Source of the DNA: an uncultured delta proteobacterium
GTDB taxonomy: Bacteria; Myxococcota_A; Polyangia; Polyangiales; JAFGIB01
DNA: 64,000 nt
Reading direction: 5' to 3'
NCBI GenBank assembly: GCA_963778655.1
Contig: CAVZVA010000002.1
Location: 480,001-544,000, forward strand
Below are positions 59,494 to 64,000 of the stretch, piece by piece (within the stretch, counting starts at the first letter, position 1; every line of letters starts with the position of its first letter). The translations under genes were made by a program, and so were the position numbers. The notes beneath the pieces are model-generated. The model ran no database searches. It was not told the DNA's origin and saw only the letters and a program-made list of their open reading frames with translations.

Positions 59494-61229
59494 ACCACCA
59501 CCTCGCGTTCCTCCGCGGCGTGCCCCGCGCCGTCCAGCGGCAGCTTGACCAGCGCGCGGGTGCCGCCACCCGGCCGCGGCTCGAGGTCGAGCGTACCGTG
59601 CATGGCGCGCACCAGCATGTACGAGGTGTAGAGGCCGAGCCCGGTGCCCTCGCCCGGAGGCTTGGTGGTGGTGAAGGGCTCGAACAAGCGCCCGGCCACG
59701 CGCGGATCGATGCCGGTGCCGTCGTCGTCGACCGCGATGGACACCGCGCCGTCGCCGTCGTGCTGGGCCGAGACGCGCACGCGGCCTGCGGGCCGCGCGC
59801 GCAGCGCATCCTGGGCGTTCTGCAGCAGGTTGACCAGCACCTGCACCAGCCGATCCTGATCGCAGCGCAGGCGAATGCCATCGAGGCTGGGGTCGAGCTC
59901 GAGCGGCGCACGGCTGCGCGCGCCGGCGAAGACCAGCGCTCCCGCGCGCTCGACCACCGCGCCGAGCGGCACCGCGCCGAGGATGCGCAGGCGCACCAGG
60001 TCGCCACCGGCGAGCAGCTCCTGTGCGATGCGGCCCAGCCGCGCGGTCTCCTCTTTGATGAGCGAGGCGGACTCGGCGAGGTCCGAGGTCAAGCGCCCGC
60101 GGTCGTCGGCGTCGGCGTGGTCGAGGCTGCGCAAGGCGGCGACCATGTCCGCCGCCAGGGTGCGGATGGTAGCCAGGGGCGTGTTCAGCTCGTGGGCCAC
60201 GCCCTGCGCCACGCGCCCCAGGCTCGCCAGCCGTTCGGCCAGCACCAGCTGGCGCTCGGCCAGGGTGGCAGCGGTGCGGTCGAGGTACAGGTTCATCACG
60301 CGCGGCTTCTGGCCCTGGCTCGCGGAGAGCGGAAACGAGAGTAGCTCGTACACACGCTCGGTGCTCGAGCCTTCGACCGCGAAGCGGCAGCGCCCGGCCT
60401 CGCCGTGCTGGAACGAACGCTGGATCGGACACAGCCCCGAGGCGTCGCGCTCGCACGCGCTCTCGGTGCCGGGGCAGCGCCACGGGTCGCCGCTGTCGAG
60501 ACGCGGCACCAGCCGCCGCGCCAGGCGGTTGCGCCACACCACCATGTGCCCGGCGTCGACCACCTCGAGGCCGGCGTCGAGCTCGTTGAGCGTGGTCGAC
60601 AGCAGCTCGTACTCCAGCTCGGCGCGATCGCGCGCATCCTCGAGGGCGCGCTCGCGGTCGCGCAGCTCGGCGACCGCGTGCGTCACCAGGTACGCGACCG
60701 CGCCCACGGTCGAGGCGAAGGCGACCACGTTCGCCAGCGGTCCCCACAGGCCCTGCGGGTGCCAGTAGCCGATGCGCAGCCCCGGCACCAGCTCGGTCAG
60801 CCCGAGCAGGCCGGCGCAGGCCAGCGCGAAGCCGCCCGCGAGCAGCGAGGCGCGCGGCCCGGACAGGATGCCCACCACCGCCACGTGGAACACGTAGTAG
60901 CTGATGAAGGGCGTGCGCAGGCCACCGGCCGCCCACAGCACGATCGTCAGCACCAGGAAGTCGATCAACGCCTGGTAGATGGCGGCTCGACGGTCGACCG
61001 AGGCGGTGCCGCGCTCGAGCTCGCGCCACATCGTGGCGTTGTAGAAGGCCGCGCCGGTCGCGGTCGCGAACAGCACCTGCCAGTTGACCCCCGGGAAGTC
61101 CCCGAGCGCGGCCAGGGCCGCGGCGATCACGATGCCGAGCAGGGCGATCCAGCGCAGCCGGACGAGCCAGCCCAAGCGCTCGGCGGTCAGGCCCGAGACA
61201 GGCTGCGCCTCGCGCCGCTTGCCCTCCAT
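59490..61229 (-). CDS. Membrane sensor histidine kinase (RegB/PrrB-like TM region, Cys-bearing PAS-like domain)
   Basis: WLVRLRWIA, about 6 TM segments, AHELNTPL, QVLVNLLQNA, DDGTG, FTTTK, GTGLGL. Alternative start at 61247. Confidence 0.9.
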   Translation of the reverse strand: MEGKRREAQPVSGLTAERLGWLVRLRWIALLGIVIAAALAALGDFPGVNWQVLFATATGAAFYNATMWRELERGTASVDRRAAIYQALIDFLVLTIVLWAAGGLRTPFISYYVFHVAVVGILSGPRASLLAGGFALACAGLLGLTELVPGLRIGYWHPQGLWGPLANVVAFASTVGAVAYLVTHAVAELRDRERALEDARDRAELEYELLSTTLNELDAGLEVVDAGHMVVWRNRLARRLVPRLDSGDPWRCPGTESACERDASGLCPIQRSFQHGEAGRCRFAVEGSSTERVYELLSFPLSASQGQKPRVMNLYLDRTAATLAERQLVLAERLASLGRVAQGVAHELNTPLATIRTLAADMVAALRSLDHADADDRGRLTSDLAESASLIKEETARLGRIAQELLAGGDLVRLRILGAVPLGAVVERAGALVFAGARSRAPLELDPSLDGIRLRCDQDRLVQVLVNLLQNAQDALRARPAGRVRVSAQHDGDGAVSIAVDDDGTGIDPRVAGRLFEPFTTTKPPGEGTGLGLYTSYMLVRAMHGTLDLEPRPGGGTRALVKLPLDGAGHAAEEREVVV

Positions 61230-61283
61230 GGAGTCCGCATCGAGCATGTTGTCTGGCCAGCTCCCGTCCAGGAAATCCGGGTC

Positions 61284-61358
61284 AAGAGATTCACGGCAAG
61301 GCGGGAAGCCGGAAAGCCGAGGCTGTTTGGGCTCTTCCCGTCCTCTCGTCTTGCTGTT
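61284..61358. repeat. GGAAG/CTTCC repeat, copy 6 (close to the reverse complement of copy 5)
   Basis: AAGAGATTCACGGCAAGGCGGGAAGCCGGAAAG...CTTCCCGTCCTCTCGTCTTGCTGTT. Confidence 0.8.
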
Positions 61359-61478
61359 TCTGCTCCGGGCCCCTCCAGGATGCGACCCGCGTGACCGATT
61401 GCTCCGCGGCCGCCCTCCAATTGTTGGGCCATCGGGGCGGCGCCGCAATTGTCCCCAGGGCGGATTCCCGCTCGGCGC

Positions 61479-62555
61479 TCAGCCCAGCGCCAGGCTGCGC
61501 TGGGCCGGCTGGATCGCGTCCGCGGTGACGCGGGCCAGGTCCACCCCTCCCCGGCCCTCGCAATCGACCAGAAACAGCAGCTCGCGGTTGCGCAGGTGGC
61601 TGACCCGGCCGGTCTTGACCCCGCTCGGGCTGTAGATGCCGATCTGGGCGCCGACGTAGCGCTTGAAGTCCAGGGCCACGACCTGCACCGGCCCGCGCGT
61701 GGACAGCACGGCGTGCAGCGCCTGCTGGTCGAGATAGCCCTCGTCGTTGAACGAGACGATCAGGTAGCGCGCGCGCACCGCGTCGATCACTTCCTGCAGC
61801 GCCTGGCGGATGCGGCGCTTGCTGTTGAACGCGCTGTCGTACTGCCGGCAGTCCACGCGCTTGCAGGCGACGCCGTAGACCTCGGGCTTGTCCCAGCGCA
61901 CCAGCGACTCCCACACGTGGTAGTTGTTCATGTACTTGTGCTGGTTGTACGGGGGATCGAGGTAGACCACGTCGTGCTCGCCCCGGCGCACGCACTCGAG
62001 CGCGTCGAGCTGCAGCGCTGTGCCGCCGCCGTCGGCGAGATCGGGCAGGCGCAGCTCGAGGTCGTTGTGGGCGCGCGCGGCCCAGCGCTTGAGGAAGGCC
62101 ATCTGCAGCCCGACTGTGGAGTCGACCCGATCGGCGGCCTCCATCAAAGCCACCAGCAGGATCGCCTCGAGCTCGGGATGCAGATCCATCCCGGCGATCG
62201 CCTCGCGCATGGCGTCGATGCGCGCGCCGTTCTTGGGCTGGAAGTAGCGCGAGGCCACGCAGAAGGTCTCGGTGAAATAGCCCGGCCGGGGCGGCAGCTG
62301 CGACAGCTCGTCGAGCAGCGTCCGCGCCTGCGCCTGCCAGCGGCCGCGGTCGGCTTGCACGTAGCAGAGCGCGAGCTGGTGGGCGAAGCGGGTGTGATCG
62401 TTGGCGGTCACGGCATAGCCCAAGCGCTTGAGCAGGTGGCCCACGCGCGCGGTGCCGCTGAACAGGTCCAGCACCGTGTGCACCTCGGGCAGCGCGGCCA
62501 CGACCTTGGCGATGTGCTCGACCAGCAGCCGCTTCGACCCGATGTACTTGATCAT
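61479..62555 (-). CDS. DNA N6-adenine methyltransferase (D12/FokI-like class)
   Basis: MIKYIGSK, DLFSGT (motif I), YLDPPY (motif IV), NYH. Confidence 0.9.
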   Translation of the reverse strand: MIKYIGSKRLLVEHIAKVVAALPEVHTVLDLFSGTARVGHLLKRLGYAVTANDHTRFAHQLALCYVQADRGRWQAQARTLLDELSQLPPRPGYFTETFCVASRYFQPKNGARIDAMREAIAGMDLHPELEAILLVALMEAADRVDSTVGLQMAFLKRWAARAHNDLELRLPDLADGGGTALQLDALECVRRGEHDVVYLDPPYNQHKYMNNYHVWESLVRWDKPEVYGVACKRVDCRQYDSAFNSKRRIRQALQEVIDAVRARYLIVSFNDEGYLDQQALHAVLSTRGPVQVVALDFKRYVGAQIGIYSPSGVKTGRVSHLRNRELLFLVDCEGRGGVDLARVTADAIQPAQRSLALG

Positions 62556-62624
62556 GAAGGCGTGCAGCCCCGCATGCGGTTGGCGTGCATGGTAGCATGG
62601 GCCGCGCCGCGGCCGCGACAGCTC

Positions 62625-63359
62625 ATGGATGATCCGCAGCAGGGTTTTCGCCTCGAAGGCGTCAGCGTGTCCGCGGGCGGCACCGCGCTGCTGCGCGAAA
62701 TCGATCTGGCGCTGCCGCGGGGGCAGTGGAGCGCGCTGCTCGGTCCCTCGGGCTCGGGCAAGACCACCCTGCTGCGCCTGCTCAATCGCTTGACCGAGCC
62801 CAGCGTGGGTACGGTCTCGTGGGCGGGCCGGGCGTTGCCGACCTATGACGTGCGCGCGCTGCGACGCGAGGTGGCGCTGGTGGTGCAGCAGCCGCGCCTG
62901 GGCGCGGGCCGCGTGCGCGACAGCCTCGAGCTGCCGCTGCGGCTGGGCGCGGTGGACGCTGCGGTTCTGCACGAGCGCCTGCCGCTGGCGTGCGAGACGG
63001 CGCAGCTGCCGCAGGCCCTGCTGGAGCGTGCCGTGACCGCGCTTTCCGGCGGCGAGCGCCAGCGCGTGGCTCTGGCGCGGGCGCTGATCCTGGCGCCGCG
63101 CGCGCTACTGCTGGACGAGCCGACCGCGGCGCTCGACCGCGACACCGCCCGCCGGCTGATCGCAGCGCTCGACACGCTGCGGCGCACCCAGGGGCTCACG
63201 CTGGTCGCGGTCACCCACCGCGTCGAGGAGCTGGCGGAGCTCGCGGGGCTGTGCGTGGTGCTCGAGGCCGGCGCGGTGGCCGAGCAGGGACCGCCCCAGC
63301 AGGTGCTGCAGCGACCGCAGAGCGCGGCGGCCCGGAGCCTGCTCGGGCTGCCGGCATGA
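62625..63359 (+). CDS. ABC transporter ATP-binding protein
   Basis: GPSGSGKT, Q-loop, LSGGERQR, LLLDEPT, VTH. Confidence 0.92.
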   Translation: MDDPQQGFRLEGVSVSAGGTALLREIDLALPRGQWSALLGPSGSGKTTLLRLLNRLTEPSVGTVSWAGRALPTYDVRALRREVALVVQQPRLGAGRVRDSLELPLRLGAVDAAVLHERLPLACETAQLPQALLERAVTALSGGERQRVALARALILAPRALLLDEPTAALDRDTARRLIAALDTLRRTQGLTLVAVTHRVEELAELAGLCVVLEAGAVAEQGPPQQVLQRPQSAAARSLLGLPA

Positions 63360-63370
63360 GCCCCATGAAA

Positions 63371-63455
63371 ATGCAGCAGCAATGCGGGAAGACCGGAAGC
63401 CCAACCTGGTATTTCCTCCCGCCTTCCTCCCGCCTTCCCGCCTTCGGGTTGAATC
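63371..63455. repeat. GGAAG/CTTCC repeat, copy 7
   Basis: GCAATGCGGGAAGACCGGAAG...CCTCCCGCCTTCCTCCCGCCTTCCCGCCTTCGGGTTGAATC. Confidence 0.72.
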
Positions 63456-63473
63456 TGGATTAGTCTCGGGGCG

Positions 63474-64000
63474 ATGCCCGGGGCCGACAGGCAGCTCGTG
63501 GCGCTGGCCGTCGCGCTGGCGCTGTTCGCGTGCTGGCCGCACCCCGCGCTGTGGGTTCCTCTGCTCGGCTATGCGGTCGCGATCGGCCTGTTGTCGGCGC
63601 TGAACGCGCAGCGCCTGGCGCTGCCGCCGGCGACGAGCCGGATCGCGCTGCTGTCGCTGCTCGCGGCGCCGGGCGCGCTCGCGCTGTTTCGCGCGCGCGG
63701 CGAGCTGGCCGCGAACGAGGGCCTGCGCGGGCTGCCGGAGCTGCTCGCGCAACGCTTGCGCCTGGAGGCGCTGCCCGCGATCGCGCCGCCGCTGGTCTCC
63801 GCCGATCGACCGCAGACGTTCTACGTACACGCGCCGGAGCACGCGCAGGTCAGCGTGCGCTTCGGCGCCCGCGCCGCGGAGCTGCCGGCCGTCGAGCTGG
63901 GCGCGGGTCTGTACCGCGTGCGCTACGACCCGCGGCGCGACGGACCGCCCTCGCCGGCGGAGGGCGCGCTGCAGGCCACGATCGCGGTCGGCGAGCGACA
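63474..64000 (+). CDS. Membrane-anchored hypothetical protein (3' end beyond the window)
   Basis: Not in the track. MPGADRQLVALAVALALFACWPHPALWVPLLG... is open to the end of the window; TAGTCT lies 7 nt upstream. Confidence 0.7.
   Translation, partial: MPGADRQLVALAVALALFACWPHPALWVPLLGYAVAIGLLSALNAQRLALPPATSRIALLSLLAAPGALALFRARGELAANEGLRGLPELLAQRLRLEALPAIAPPLVSADRPQTFYVHAPEHAQVSVRFGARAAELPAVELGAGLYRVRYDPRRDGPPSPAEGALQATIAVGER

Overview
High-GC chromosomal window whose gene content points to a myxobacterium (Polyangiales-like; inferred from Gly-rich lipoproteins, PEGA proteins, a Ser/Thr kinase, an AgmX/PglI-type domain and sigma54 activators). It holds about 53 CDSs. I saw no rRNA, tRNA, CRISPR array, transposase or prophage. 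Main points: (1) a complete six-gene ebo set split into two convergent triplets, eboD-E-C (25346-28729, +) and eboA-B-F (37612-40582, -), bracketing a 9-kb envelope/signalling block and bounded by two copies of a palindromic repeat; (2) an FHA-degenerate GGDEF-sigma54 activator followed by a degenerate macrodomain-Tudor-like protein; (3) seven copies of a GGAAG/CTTCC quasi-palindromic repeat at gene 3' ends, a MITE-like element overlapping a sigma-factor stop codon, and a (CCCCTR)10 tract; (4) at least nine genes with a TANNNT box 6-7 nt before the start codon, suggesting leaderless mRNAs; (5) a sigma54 promoter in front of an RpoH-like sigma factor; (6) two frameshifts, both at CGATTC, which may be sequencing errors. 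All product calls come from reading motifs by eye, not from database searches, and several start codons are best guesses.
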